A stretch of DNA of 32,000 nt from Aquifex aeolicus VF5 (GTDB lineage Bacteria > Aquificota > Aquificia > Aquificales > Aquificaceae): contig NC_000918.1 in assembly GCF_000008625.1 (NCBI RefSeq), positions 60,001 through 92,000 of the forward strand. Direction: 5' to 3'. The position numbers and the translations under genes are program-made. The notes beneath the pieces are model-generated. The model saw nothing but the letters and a program-made list of their open reading frames with translations, did no database searches and was not told the DNA's origin. This document shows, one piece after another, positions 1 to 9,133 of the stretch (position 1 is the stretch's first letter; the number at the start of each line of letters is the position of its first letter).

Positions 1-366
1 CTCAACGTATTCTTTAACAAAACTGTAAAAGTTCTTTCTGTTATAGGGCTTGTACTTCCCGAGGTCGTCCCTAAGAGAATAACCTCTCAGGTGTGCAACG
101 TCCTTGTAGAGATCGTAGAGAAGAAGTCTCGCCGCGGTGTACGTCCAGTCCGGCCTTTCGGCGGAAACTTTCTCCGCTGCAGTCTTTATTAAAAGCTGTT
201 GTATTTCTTTCGTAGTTATGCCGTCCCTGAACTGTATCTGGGCATCAGCTTCGAGTTCTAAGGGGTCAACGTTCAGCCCCTCGCACGCAAACTTAATGGC
301 TATCCTTATCTTGTTGATATCTAATTTTTCTTTCCTCCCGCTTCTCTTGATTACATACATTGTCAT
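1..366 (-). CDS. nrdA: Ribonucleoside-diphosphate reductase large subunit, N-terminal (ATP-cone) part, truncated by window edge
   Basis: Reverse-strand reading from ATG at 366 (or 360) gives [64 protein letters not shown]...[19 protein letters not shown], open through base 1. This has ATP-cone/R1 N-terminal character. It is absent from the supplied ORF track because it is open at the edge. Confidence 0.85.
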
Positions 367-451
367 GATTTGAGAATTCTACCTCTCTTCAAGAAAATTT
401 TTGATTGTCCGTGTCATAGCCGGGCGAAAATTATTCATAAGACAGCATTTT

Positions 452-1675
452 TCACTCTACACTCTTTCCAAAGAGCACTATAAAGATAAGTACTGGGATA
501 AGCAAGGTAAATACGAGAAATTGAAGCCGATCCTTCTTTTCGAAGGAGACGAGCCATGCTATAATCGTCTGGAGGAGATAGTAAAAGGCGAAGGCCTTGG
601 AGGCGTATGCGATAATCTCAAAGACGTTAGCGCTCCAAACTAGGGCAACTCCTACCAGTGTCGTGATTAAGTATCCGAATCGAGAGGAAACTCTGTGATT
701 AGTTTCTTCGTATATTAGTCCCCCTGCGCCTATAGTGTCCGCAACTGCCGCACTAAATTGACTCATTAAGGGACCAAACCTGAGGAGGTATCCCAGAACG
801 AGGGAAACTGCGGAAGCGAGGAATATAATTTCCGTTTCATCTAGCTTCTTAGGCGGATTGTGGACGAACACGGAAGTTATCAAAAACATAAAGGAAACGT
901 AAATGAATCCCGAAATCCACTGGGCGAGTTTCATGCTCTTTACCCTCTCTTCTGGAGTGTACTCCTCGCCGAGGTATTTGGAAGTTTCAAATCCCTGAAC
1001 TATCAGGAGTATCCCTCCGAGCACCTCAAGGCTGTGAAGGTCAAAGGGTTTTACCTCTCCCGCAAAGGAAAAGTTTTTGTAGTTATAGTAAAGTAGAGCT
1101 GTAAGGAAAGAGAAGATAATTGAGAGCTTCAGTCCCACTGCATACTTTTCCATAAACTCCAGAAAGTGAAGTCTTCTTATGAAGCCCGAAATTCCGATGA
1201 ATAAAAGTAAACCCGTTGTGAGCAGTCTCTCGTAAACCTCGTTTCTTTCAAAAAATCCAGAAAAGACGAAAGAAGAGAGAAGTCTCAGGTAAAAGGCTAT
1301 GGAAATCATGTACGCGAAGGCAAGGGAAAGGTTTGAAAACCTCTCTACATCTAAGAGAAGGGCTTTTAGCTTGGAGCTTTCACTCCCGTAAAGAATGGGT
1401 TCAGCCTTTATGATGTTGTACCTTATCGCTCCTCCGATGAGGTAGGCTAGAATAACAATTCCTGCCATTCCCAGAATCGCATACTTTCCGAGAACGTAGT
1501 AAAGGAGAGGAGCGGAAACCAGATATCCGCTTCCTATAATTGAGGCAAGAGGCGTGACTGCAACTGTCCATAGTCTCTTTCTTTCCAGAAATGGACTCAG
1601 GAAAAACAGGAGGTATAGGATAAAAGAAGTAAAGACTATGTAGTCCGTAAGGGTTAAACGGTTAAGGATTTCCAT
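452..1675 (-). CDS. Multi-spanning membrane protein, APC-type amino-acid permease-like
   Basis: 407 aa, about 11-12 hydrophobic segments; early 'TPLASIIGSGYLVSAPLLYYVLGKYA' resembles the broken-helix TM1 glycine motif of the APC superfamily. Confidence 0.6.
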   Translation of the reverse strand: MEILNRLTLTDYIVFTSFILYLLFFLSPFLERKRLWTVAVTPLASIIGSGYLVSAPLLYYVLGKYAILGMAGIVILAYLIGGAIRYNIIKAEPILYGSESSKLKALLLDVERFSNLSLAFAYMISIAFYLRLLSSFVFSGFFERNEVYERLLTTGLLLFIGISGFIRRLHFLEFMEKYAVGLKLSIIFSFLTALLYYNYKNFSFAGEVKPFDLHSLEVLGGILLIVQGFETSKYLGEEYTPEERVKSMKLAQWISGFIYVSFMFLITSVFVHNPPKKLDETEIIFLASAVSLVLGYLLRFGPLMSQFSAAVADTIGAGGLIYEETNHRVSSRFGYLITTLVGVALVWSANVFEIIAYASKAFAFYYLLQTIIAWLVSFEKKDRLQFLVFTLLIPVLIFIVLFGKSVE

Positions 1676-1695
1676 TCGTGTTAAATTATATTCTC

Positions 1696-1998
1696 ATGTA
1701 CTACGCTCTCCTTACACTATTCGTAATAATTGCAGTTGTACTCATTATCTCCACGCTCCTTCAAAAGGGAAGGGGAGACGTCGGTGCGGCTTTCGGCGGT
1801 GGTATGGGGCAGTCCATATTCGGCGTCGGCGGAGTTGAGACTATCCTCACAAAAGCCACTTACTGGCTTGGAGCACTCTTTTTAGTCCTTGCACTCCTTC
1901 TTTCGGTCATTCCAAAGGAAAAGGGTTCTGTAGTTGAGAAAAGTGTTCAAACTGAACAAAGTGAAGGTAAAGGAACTACTCAAGAAAGTGGAAAGTGA
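1696..1998 (+). CDS. secG: Protein translocase subunit SecG
   Basis: MYYALLTLFVIIAVVLIISTLLQKGRGDVGAAFGGG..QSIFGVGGVETILTKATYWLGALF: typical SecG with LLQKGRG and GG(G).QS.FG. The track starts at GTG 1678; ATG 1696 fits SecG better. Confidence 0.9.
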   Translation: MYYALLTLFVIIAVVLIISTLLQKGRGDVGAAFGGGMGQSIFGVGGVETILTKATYWLGALFLVLALLLSVIPKEKGSVVEKSVQTEQSEGKGTTQESGK

Positions 1999-2779
1999 GT
2001 ACAGGAGAGACGCGGAAATAATACTCTCCTACCTTTTGAAAGTTTCTCCCTCCCAGATTCCCCTGATGTATGCGAGAGAAATTCCTGAGGAGATTGTAAA
2101 AAGATTCTTCAAACAAATGAAGGAAAGAAAAAAAGGTATTCCCACAGCCTACGTTATCGGGGAGTGGGAGTGTATGGGAAGAGTTTTCAAAGTGAAAAAG
2201 GGCGTTCTCGTTCCAAGACCGGAAACGGAAATACTTATAGAAAGGACCTTAGAGTTGATTCCACAAGACAGAGAAATGGTGGGGTTTGAGCTTGGAAGCG
2301 GAACGGGTTGTATATCCATTAATCTGTTAATTGAAAGGCCGAAGCTAGTAATGTACGCCACAGATGTAAACCCCGATGCGGTGGAGCTCACAAAGGAAAA
2401 CGCCAAACTCCACAAAGTTGACGACAGGCTTTTCGTTTTCTTGGGAAACGCCTTTGAACCCGTTAAAGGCATGAAGTTCGACTTCATAGTCTCAAATCCC
2501 CCATACATACCCGAAAACTTCTGGGAAATTCTTCCAGAAGAAGTAAAAAAGGAGGGCTACACTTCTCTCATAGGAGGCAAAAAGGGGTGGGAGTTTTACG
2601 AACTGATTGCGGAAGAGGGAACTAAACACCTGAAAGAGAATGGGTTTATAGCCCTTGAGATAGGACACGACCAGGGAAAAGTTGTTAAGGAACTCCTTGA
2701 AAAGAAATGTTTTAAAGTTAATATTTTTAAGGACTACGCTGGATTTGACAGGGTGGTGATAGCACAGAGATGGAGCTGA
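1934..2779 (+). CDS. prmC: Peptide chain release factor N5-glutamine methyltransferase
   Basis: PRPETE, ELGSGTGCISINL and catalytic NPPYIP motifs of PrmC/HemK. The exact start is uncertain because the TTG at 1934 overlaps secG by 65 nt. Confidence 0.9.
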   Translation: MRKVFKLNKVKVKELLKKVESEYRRDAEIILSYLLKVSPSQIPLMYAREIPEEIVKRFFKQMKERKKGIPTAYVIGEWECMGRVFKVKKGVLVPRPETEILIERTLELIPQDREMVGFELGSGTGCISINLLIERPKLVMYATDVNPDAVELTKENAKLHKVDDRLFVFLGNAFEPVKGMKFDFIVSNPPYIPENFWEILPEEVKKEGYTSLIGGKKGWEFYELIAEEGTKHLKENGFIALEIGHDQGKVVKELLEKKCFKVNIFKDYAGFDRVVIAQRWS

Positions 2780-4020
2780 TAGGTTTTCTAATAGGAGTTT
2801 TCTTCTTCATAATCCTTGAGGGATTTTTTGCAGGGTCAGAGATAGCTCTAGTGAACGCTGACAAAGGCTTTTTAAAGGCAGTTTACAAGAAGAAAAAGTA
2901 CTCATTTCTGAAGCACTTCCTTGACAGTCCTGAGGAGTACATCACCCTCACTATGCTCGGATACACCGTTTCCATAGTTTTCGCATCTGCCCTTTACACG
3001 CTATTCCTAATGAACCTTTCAAAGTACGTTCCTGAGATAAAGGGAAAAGAAGTCCTCCTTGCGGAAACCTTGGTGATATTCACAATAATCCTCGGTGAGA
3101 TAATACCTAAAAGCCTATTTCAGCATTACGCGGATAAGGTTGTAATACCGAGCCTCTATATCCTCGATAAACTCAGAATAGTTTTAAAGCCCTTTTTGGT
3201 TCTTGCAAAGGCGGTAAGCAGGTTCATATCGAGCAGGTTCGCAAAAGGCGAAAGTAAGGTAAGGAGAGAAGACATAATTAAACTACTCAGGGAGAAAAAG
3301 AGCTTCTCCGAGTCCTTAGGCTACGTAATTTCCAACATACTGTCTTTTAAGGAAAGAAGGATAGGGGAGATTGTAAGACCGCTTTACGAAGTAGTTATGA
3401 TTCCCGATACCGCCACAGTTCTTCAGGCTATTGAGCAAATAAAGAAGAGCGGATACGCCAGGATACCAGTTTACAGAAAGCGGGTTGACGACATAATCGG
3501 ATACGTGAGCGCTTACGATCTTATAGACAAACCCCTTGACGAACCCATTAAATCCTTTATAAGGAGAATCCTTATCTTCAGTGAATTCACACCACTTCCT
3601 AAGGTTCTGGAGGTTTTCAAGGAGAAGAAGGAACACATAGCCCTTGTGGTAGACGAGAGAGGTGTAATCCTCGGCATAGTTACCCTTGAAGACATTTTCA
3701 GGGAAATACTGGGAGACTTCATATCGGAAAAGGGAGAAGAGCCACTGGTGAGGGAAGTGAGTAAGGACACATGGGTAGCGGACGGAAAGGTTGAAATAAA
3801 CGAGCTCAGGAGAATTACAGGAATAAATATCCCGGACGGTCCCTACAACACACTTTCAGGCTTTATAGCCTACCAGCTCGGAAGGATTCCCAAAAAGGGA
3901 GACGTAGTTTCCTACGACGGATACAACTTTAAGGTAGTTGACGGAGACACGAGAAGGGTGAGGAAGGTTTTAATAGAGAGGAAGGTTAAAAAGAAGGCTT
4001 TATCGGGAGCGTCCGCCTGA
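2770..4020 (+). CDS. CNNM/CorC/HlyC-type protein (DUF21 transmembrane + CBS pair + CorC_HlyC domain)
   Basis: N-terminal 'FFAGSEIALVNADK', central CBS-like 'VIPDTATVLQAIEQIKKSGYARIPVYRKRVDDIIGYV', and C-terminal transporter-associated domain. Confidence 0.88.
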   Translation: MELIGFLIGVFFFIILEGFFAGSEIALVNADKGFLKAVYKKKKYSFLKHFLDSPEEYITLTMLGYTVSIVFASALYTLFLMNLSKYVPEIKGKEVLLAETLVIFTIILGEIIPKSLFQHYADKVVIPSLYILDKLRIVLKPFLVLAKAVSRFISSRFAKGESKVRREDIIKLLREKKSFSESLGYVISNILSFKERRIGEIVRPLYEVVMIPDTATVLQAIEQIKKSGYARIPVYRKRVDDIIGYVSAYDLIDKPLDEPIKSFIRRILIFSEFTPLPKVLEVFKEKKEHIALVVDERGVILGIVTLEDIFREILGDFISEKGEEPLVREVSKDTWVADGKVEINELRRITGINIPDGPYNTLSGFIAYQLGRIPKKGDVVSYDGYNFKVVDGDTRRVRKVLIERKVKKKALSGASA

Positions 4021-4726
4021 CCTCTTCTATATAATCTTTGTCGTAATCTGCGGCAAGTAAGGTATCCCCTTTCTCGGAAAAGGCAAGAACTTCTCCCCAA
4101 GGTGAGTAAATTCCCGAATGCCCGGCAAACCTCGTTCCCAGGTACTCACCCCATGTGTTTGAGGCCAGAAGGTAAGCTTGTAGCTCTATCGCCCTCGCCC
4201 TGCAGAGTGTCTCGAAGTGTTTTCTCCTGGCATATCCCCACTGAGCGGGAACGAGAACTACATCGGGTCTTTCCCTCCAGAAATTCATTATTAAATCCGT
4301 AAACCTTATCTCAAAACATATGAGAATTCCAGCCTTTCCAAGCTTAGTTTCAAAAACTTTGTTCTCCTTTCCCGGAATAAAGTACTTATCTTCGTCGAAT
4401 ATCGGAAAGAGCTTTATCTTTGAGCGTTTGCCGATAACTCTTCCGTCTTCTATTAAGAAAGCGGTGTTCAGTATCCCTTCCGTACCTTTTTCGGGAAGAG
4501 TCCCGCAAAGGGTTAAAGATTTTTCCTTGGAAATTTTTTTGAGTACTTCTAAAACTTCTGGAGTTTTTTGGGCGTGTTCTTCTAGGTTTTCGTAGTCAAA
4601 TCCCGAATACCACATCTCAGGAAGGAGAACAAGGGAGTTTTCCTCTACTTTTTCAAGAAAATTTATTACCTTTTTCAGGTTTTCTTCCGGAGTTGTTTGT
4701 CTTATTTGAATTGAGTAGAGTTTCAT
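3986..4726 (-). CDS. Carbon-nitrogen hydrolase (nitrilase superfamily)
   Basis: 246 aa; LLPEMW (Glu), KRSKIKLFP (Lys), GILICFEIRF (Cys) give the E-K-C nitrilase triad. Overlaps the end of the preceding gene convergently by 35 nt. Confidence 0.88.
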   Translation of the reverse strand: MKLYSIQIRQTTPEENLKKVINFLEKVEENSLVLLPEMWYSGFDYENLEEHAQKTPEVLEVLKKISKEKSLTLCGTLPEKGTEGILNTAFLIEDGRVIGKRSKIKLFPIFDEDKYFIPGKENKVFETKLGKAGILICFEIRFTDLIMNFWRERPDVVLVPAQWGYARRKHFETLCRARAIELQAYLLASNTWGEYLGTRFAGHSGIYSPWGEVLAFSEKGDTLLAADYDKDYIEEVRRTLPIKPSF

Positions 4727-4728
4727 AC

Positions 4729-5841
4729 TTAGGATTTTAAGGGATAAAGGATTAAGTTCTTTATAAAATCAAGCCAGCCTTTCTTGTACATTTCCTCATA
4801 AGTGGTATGTCCCTTTAAGAACTCCATGTACCTCTCAAGCGAGGTTCCACCTCCCATTTTGTAGGCAACTCTCTGAAATCTGTAAGCGAGCTTCGCTATT
4901 TTTCCCGCGTAAGTGAATTCTTTTGCAAGTTCTTTCACCTTTTTCCTGTAAGTTTTCTCCGGATTTTGGGGATTTTCCAGTATTGCATCTCCGGCAAGGA
5001 GTCCGCTCAGGTATCCGTAATAAATACCTTCACCGAGGAGCGGGTCCACGAAGTTTCCCGCGTCTCCAACGAGGAGTATCCTTCCCCTTCCCGTGTGAAG
5101 TTCCTCAGAACCTTCTGCAAAGGGTATAAACCAGCTCTTCGGTTTATAAATCTTTTTAACCTTCACTATTTTTTGTCTCTTTATGTAATCCTTGAGAACT
5201 TCCAGTAAATTCTCCTTTTCGGTGGAAGCCACGCCTATGTTCAGTTTATTCCCTTTTGGAAATACCCAGAGGTATCCCCTTTTTACCAATCCGAGTTCTA
5301 TAACCACGGAGTTAAAATCCATCTCACCTTCCGCAAGAACTTCAACCGAGCGGTAGTACTTCTCCTTTTTAAAACCCAAAAACTTTGCAACTTTTGAGTG
5401 AAATCCGTCCGCGCCTATTAGAAAATCGCAGGAAACTTTCCCCTTTGTTGTGTCAAGTATTATCTTTCCCTTTTCCTCCCAAAGGTCCAGAAGCTCCGTC
5501 TCCTCTCTAAGCTCGCATCCCTTTTCCATAGCTTTTTGAGCGAGAAAGTGGTCAAAGTCAGCCCTGTCTATTATGTAGGCAACTTCCTCCCTTTCCTTTA
5601 GCTTATGCTTGTCCCCTCTAAAACCTAAGTATCCCTTGTGTATCACGTTCAGTACTTTGCTTTTAAAGTCCTGTGGAAGGTACTTTGAAAATCTTCCCGA
5701 AAGGGCTCCGCCGCAGAGTTTGAACCTTGGTAGCTTTTTTCTCTCCATTAAGAGAACCCTTAAGCCTTTTTCGGATAAGTACCTCGCCGCGGAGCTTCCG
5801 GAAGGTCCCGCACCTACTACTACTACGTCAAACCTCTCCAT
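4729..5841 (-). CDS. FAD-dependent geranylgeranyl-reductase-family oxidoreductase
   Basis: VVVGAGPSGSSAARYLSEKG Rossmann motif; GRILLVGDAGNFVDPLLGEGI FAD/GGR motif. Confidence 0.8.
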   Translation of the reverse strand: MERFDVVVVGAGPSGSSAARYLSEKGLRVLLMERKKLPRFKLCGGALSGRFSKYLPQDFKSKVLNVIHKGYLGFRGDKHKLKEREEVAYIIDRADFDHFLAQKAMEKGCELREETELLDLWEEKGKIILDTTKGKVSCDFLIGADGFHSKVAKFLGFKKEKYYRSVEVLAEGEMDFNSVVIELGLVKRGYLWVFPKGNKLNIGVASTEKENLLEVLKDYIKRQKIVKVKKIYKPKSWFIPFAEGSEELHTGRGRILLVGDAGNFVDPLLGEGIYYGYLSGLLAGDAILENPQNPEKTYRKKVKELAKEFTYAGKIAKLAYRFQRVAYKMGGGTSLERYMEFLKGHTTYEEMYKKGWLDFIKNLILYPLKS

Positions 5842-6151
5842 GTTCTTCCCAGAGTTTTTCCATAATCTTTATTTCTCTGTCCTCTTCAAACTCAAGGGAA
5901 GGTATTGTCTTTACTTTAAGTTTTTTGATTTTTGAAAGTAACACTCTTTTGTTTTCTTCAAGAAAATCCTTTACTCTTTCTGCATTTCCTTCGGGAAGAA
6001 CTGTAAAGTACACTTTAGCTTTACTTCCGTCCTTGCTCAGTTCAACCCTCGTAATGCTCACAACTCCCAAATCAGTAGGAGCGTTTTCAACTACGAAACT
6101 CGCAATTATCTCCTTTATTTGTTCACCCAGTCTCTCCTTCTTCCTGCTCAT
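5828..6151 (-). CDS. rbfA: 30S ribosome-binding factor RbfA
   Basis: 107 aa, KKERLGEQIKEIIASFV...VVSITRVELSKDGSKAKVYFTVL...KTIPSLEFEEDREIKIMEK fits RbfA. Confidence 0.85.
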   Translation of the reverse strand: MSRKKERLGEQIKEIIASFVVENAPTDLGVVSITRVELSKDGSKAKVYFTVLPEGNAERVKDFLEENKRVLLSKIKKLKVKTIPSLEFEEDREIKIMEKLWEEHGEV

Positions 6152-6476
6152 TCTCTATTTGCTCCAACACATCTTCGTACTTTTTAAACTCTTCGCTGTG
6201 GAGTACGTCCGTTATGAACTCGTCTATTTCCTTTTTCTCGAGTATCGCACCCGCCAGCAGTCTTCCCGTGTACTTGTTGTTCTTTATCTCCCAGAACATG
6301 AAAAATTCCGGAAATCTGTTCTTAATCTTTCTGTAAGCGTAACCATACTTGCTGTCCTTCAGGGGATTTTGTTCTATGAAAAAGTGATCTTTACTGAGTT
6401 CTATGACGTGGAGTATAGCCCCCCTTCTAGTTCTTACGAGTTTTAATTTAAAGTTCCACTCCTTTAAGGTTTCCAT
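6123..6476 (-). CDS. Hypothetical protein, adjacent to and overlapping rbfA
   Basis: 117 aa ORF, acidic C-terminus, overlaps the rbfA start; no family recognised by eye. Confidence 0.6.
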   Translation of the reverse strand: METLKEWNFKLKLVRTRRGAILHVIELSKDHFFIEQNPLKDSKYGYAYRKIKNRFPEFFMFWEIKNNKYTGRLLAGAILEKKEIDEFITDVLHSEEFKKYEDVLEQIENEQEEGETG

Positions 6477-6568
6477 AATGAACCATTATAACTTGAGGAA
6501 TTTCAGTGAACGGAAAAGCAAACTTTTTGTATCATTAAGATGTAAAAATTCTCGGAGGAGGTAGGAAA

Positions 6569-6903
6569 ATGGCCGAATTCAAACACGTCTTCGTATGCGT
6601 TCAGGATAGACCGCCCGGACACCCGCAGGGTTCCTGTGCCCAAAGGGGTTCAAGGGAAGTTTTCCAGGCCTTTATGGAAAAGATCCAGACAGACCTCAAC
6701 TCTTCATGACTACTGTTATTACTCCCACCGGTTGCATGAACGCGTGTATGATGGGACCGGTTGTAGTCGTTTATCCGGACGGTGTGTGGTACGGACAGGT
6801 TAAACCCGAGGATGTTGACGAAATTGTTGAAAAGCACCTGAAAGGTGGTGAACCTGTGGAAAGACTTGTAATTTCTAAAGGAAAACCGCCGGGGATGTTT
6901 TAA
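6569..6903 (+). pseudogene. Thioredoxin-like [2Fe-2S] ferredoxin (Fd4/Shethna-like), coding frame interrupted by an apparent 1-nt deletion near 6694-6700
   Basis: ATG 6569 in frame reads MAEFKHVFVCVQDRPPGHPQGSCAQRGSREVFQAFMEKIQTD, then stops at 6707-6709. The +1 frame continues (D)PQLFMTTVITPTGCMNACMMGPVVVVYPDGVWYGQVKPEDVDEIVEKHL...GMF. Four cluster Cys (VCVQ, GSC, GCMNAC) are split across frames. An RBS-like ggaggaggt precedes ATG 6569. May be a sequence error rather than a real pseudogene. Confidence 0.85.
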
Positions 6904-7142
6904 CCTTGCCCCGGCACTCCTGCTTCTTCAAACTCTATCTCTAACCTTTCGTGGGGAACTATCGTAGTTATAGCGTGTTTATAAACTAAGGTTTGCTGTT
7001 TTCCATCCTCCAGAAGGATAGTAAATAAATCAAAGGATCTTATCCTTCCCTGAAGTCTTACACCGTTTACCAGGTATACTGAAACCTTTACCCTTTTCTT
7101 CCTCGCCGTGTTTAGAAAGCTCTCCTGCAACTTGTAAGGCAT
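6900..7142 (-). CDS. hfq: RNA chaperone Hfq
   Basis: [60 protein letters not shown]: Sm1/Sm2 with YKHAI signature. Confidence 0.96.
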   Translation of the reverse strand: MPYKLQESFLNTARKKRVKVSVYLVNGVRLQGRIRSFDLFTILLEDGKQQTLVYKHAITTIVPHERLEIEFEEAGVPGQG

Positions 7143-7228
7143 TTTTTACCTCCTTTTTATTGTTGGAATTTAAATAAACATTTTAGCTCAACTCAAGGAA
7201 ATTAAGCTGATTTAGTACCTTTGTTCAA

Positions 7229-7257
7229 TTGTAAACATGTTAACAAAATTGTAAACA
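7229..7257. promoter_or_regulatory. Putative activator-binding (operator) region upstream of glnB
   Basis: TTGTAAACATGTTAACAA at 7229-7246 is an imperfect palindrome (16/18 symmetric). ATTGTAAACA occurs at 7228 and again at 7248, exactly 20 bp apart. Confidence 0.4.
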
Positions 7258-7281
7258 CGAAAAATTTCCATACCTTTGTAA

Positions 7282-7677
<396 letters not shown>

Positions 7678-7697
7678 AAATAAAAGGAGGTAGTAGT

Positions 7698-9107
7698 ATG
7701 CCAAAGTACACACCAGAAGAAGTCTTAGACCTTATTCAGAAGGAAGGGGTTCAGTACGTTGACCTGAGGTTTTCTGACCCCTTCGGTCAGTGGCAGCACT
7801 TAACGATCCCCGCCTACGAAATATCTAAGGAAACTTTTGAAGTAGGCAGGGGATTTGACGGGTCTTCCATCAGGGGATGGCAGTCCATCAACGAGTCTGA
7901 CATGCTCGCAAAACCTGACCCCAATACCGCGTTTATAGACCCATTTATAGAGCCAAAGACGCTCGTAATGATTTGTGATATCTACGATCCCGTTACGGGT
8001 GAAAGGTATGGAAGGGACACCAGGTACATAGCACAAAAAGCTGAACAGTACCTCAAGCAAACTGGAATAGGAGATACCGCGTACTTTGGACCCGAAGCGG
8101 AGTTCTTCATATTTGACAGTGTGGAGTTTGGCACCGCTGCTAATTACGCCTTCTGGAGAGTAGACTCAGAAGAAGGATGGTGGAACAGAGAAGTACCCTC
8201 TTCCGGATATAAGATACCCCACAAGAGAGGATACTTCCCCGCACCGCCCGTTGACAAGATGATGCAACTGAGAAACGAAATGGTTTCTATAATGTCGGAC
8301 CTCGGTATAATAGTTGAGCTCCACCACCACGAAGTTGCAACAGCTGGACAGGGCGAAATAGACATAAGGTACGACAGCCTTTTAAATCAGGCGGATAAAC
8401 TCTTCCTCTACAAGTACATAGTTAGAATGGTTGCCGCAAAACACGGAAAGTACGCAACCTTTATGGCTAAGGTTCTTCCAAACGACAACGGTTCTGGAAT
8501 GCACACCCACTTCTCCATATGGAAAAACGGAGAAAACCTCTTTGCAGGAAGCGAGTACGCTGGACTTTCAAAGACAGCACTCTACGCCATAGGAGGTATA
8601 CTCAAACACGGTCCCGCAATAGCGGCGTTTACAAACCCCACAGTTAACTCTTACCACAGGCTCGTACCCGGATACGAAGCACCCGTAAGATTAGCCTACT
8701 CCGCTAGGAACAGATCTGCGGCTATAAGAATACCCATGTACTCTCAAAATCCGAAGGCAAAGAGGATAGAAGTAAGGTTCCCGGACGCTACATCCAACCC
8801 TTACCTTGCGTTTGCGGCTATACTCATGGCTGCAATAGATGGAATTGAGAACGAAATAGACCCTGGTGAACCTTTTGACAAGGACATATACTCCCTACCT
8901 CCCGAAGAGCTCGAAGGAATTCCTCAACTACCCGGTTCCCTTGAAGAAGCCTTAAAGGCTCTGGAGGAAGATTACGAGTTCCTCTTAAAAGGAAACGTGT
9001 TCACAGAAGAGTTCATACAGCTCTGGATAGAGTCCAAGAGAGCCGAAATAGACGAACTCAGGTTTATACCCCACCCCAAAGAATTTGAACTTTACTGGGA
9101 CATTTAA
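7698..9107 (+). CDS. glnA: Glutamine synthetase type I (GSI-beta-like)
   Basis: 469 aa, [52 protein letters not shown]; DIYSLPPEE conserves the adenylylation-site Tyr context. Confidence 0.97.
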   Translation: MPKYTPEEVLDLIQKEGVQYVDLRFSDPFGQWQHLTIPAYEISKETFEVGRGFDGSSIRGWQSINESDMLAKPDPNTAFIDPFIEPKTLVMICDIYDPVTGERYGRDTRYIAQKAEQYLKQTGIGDTAYFGPEAEFFIFDSVEFGTAANYAFWRVDSEEGWWNREVPSSGYKIPHKRGYFPAPPVDKMMQLRNEMVSIMSDLGIIVELHHHEVATAGQGEIDIRYDSLLNQADKLFLYKYIVRMVAAKHGKYATFMAKVLPNDNGSGMHTHFSIWKNGENLFAGSEYAGLSKTALYAIGGILKHGPAIAAFTNPTVNSYHRLVPGYEAPVRLAYSARNRSAAIRIPMYSQNPKAKRIEVRFPDATSNPYLAFAAILMAAIDGIENEIDPGEPFDKDIYSLPPEELEGIPQLPGSLEEALKALEEDYEFLLKGNVFTEEFIQLWIESKRAEIDELRFIPHPKEFELYWDI

Positions 9108-9118
9108 ACAAATTCTCG

Positions 9119-9133
9119 GGGGCGTTTCGCCCC
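9119..9133 (+). terminator. Intercistronic GC hairpin (attenuator or weak terminator) between glnA and amtB
   Basis: GGGGCG-TTT-CGCCCC perfect 6-bp stem followed by TTTTATAAAA; a second AT-only palindrome CTTTTTTAAAAAAG at 9145-9158. Confidence 0.5.

Noticed and set aside
137-373. Plus-strand 78-aa ORF in the track
   Set aside because: It is the antisense reading of the nrdA N-terminus, whose minus-strand translation is a recognisable ATP-cone domain.
401-643. Plus-strand 80-aa ORF
   Set aside because: Antisense over the 3' part of the permease-like gene; no RBS, compositional character of a shadow ORF.
4102-4595. Two plus-strand ORFs opposite the nitrilase-like gene
   Set aside because: The minus-strand nitrilase has intact catalytic motifs; the plus ORFs are shadow frames.
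5727-6446. 239-aa plus-strand ORF
   Set aside because: Long but runs antisense through GGR, rbfA and the adjacent hypothetical gene, is Ser/Phe-rich, and has no RBS: a shadow ORF.
6601-6837. 78-aa minus-strand ORF across the ferredoxin
   Set aside because: Antisense to the frameshifted ferredoxin; the plus-strand protein has diagnostic Cys motifs.
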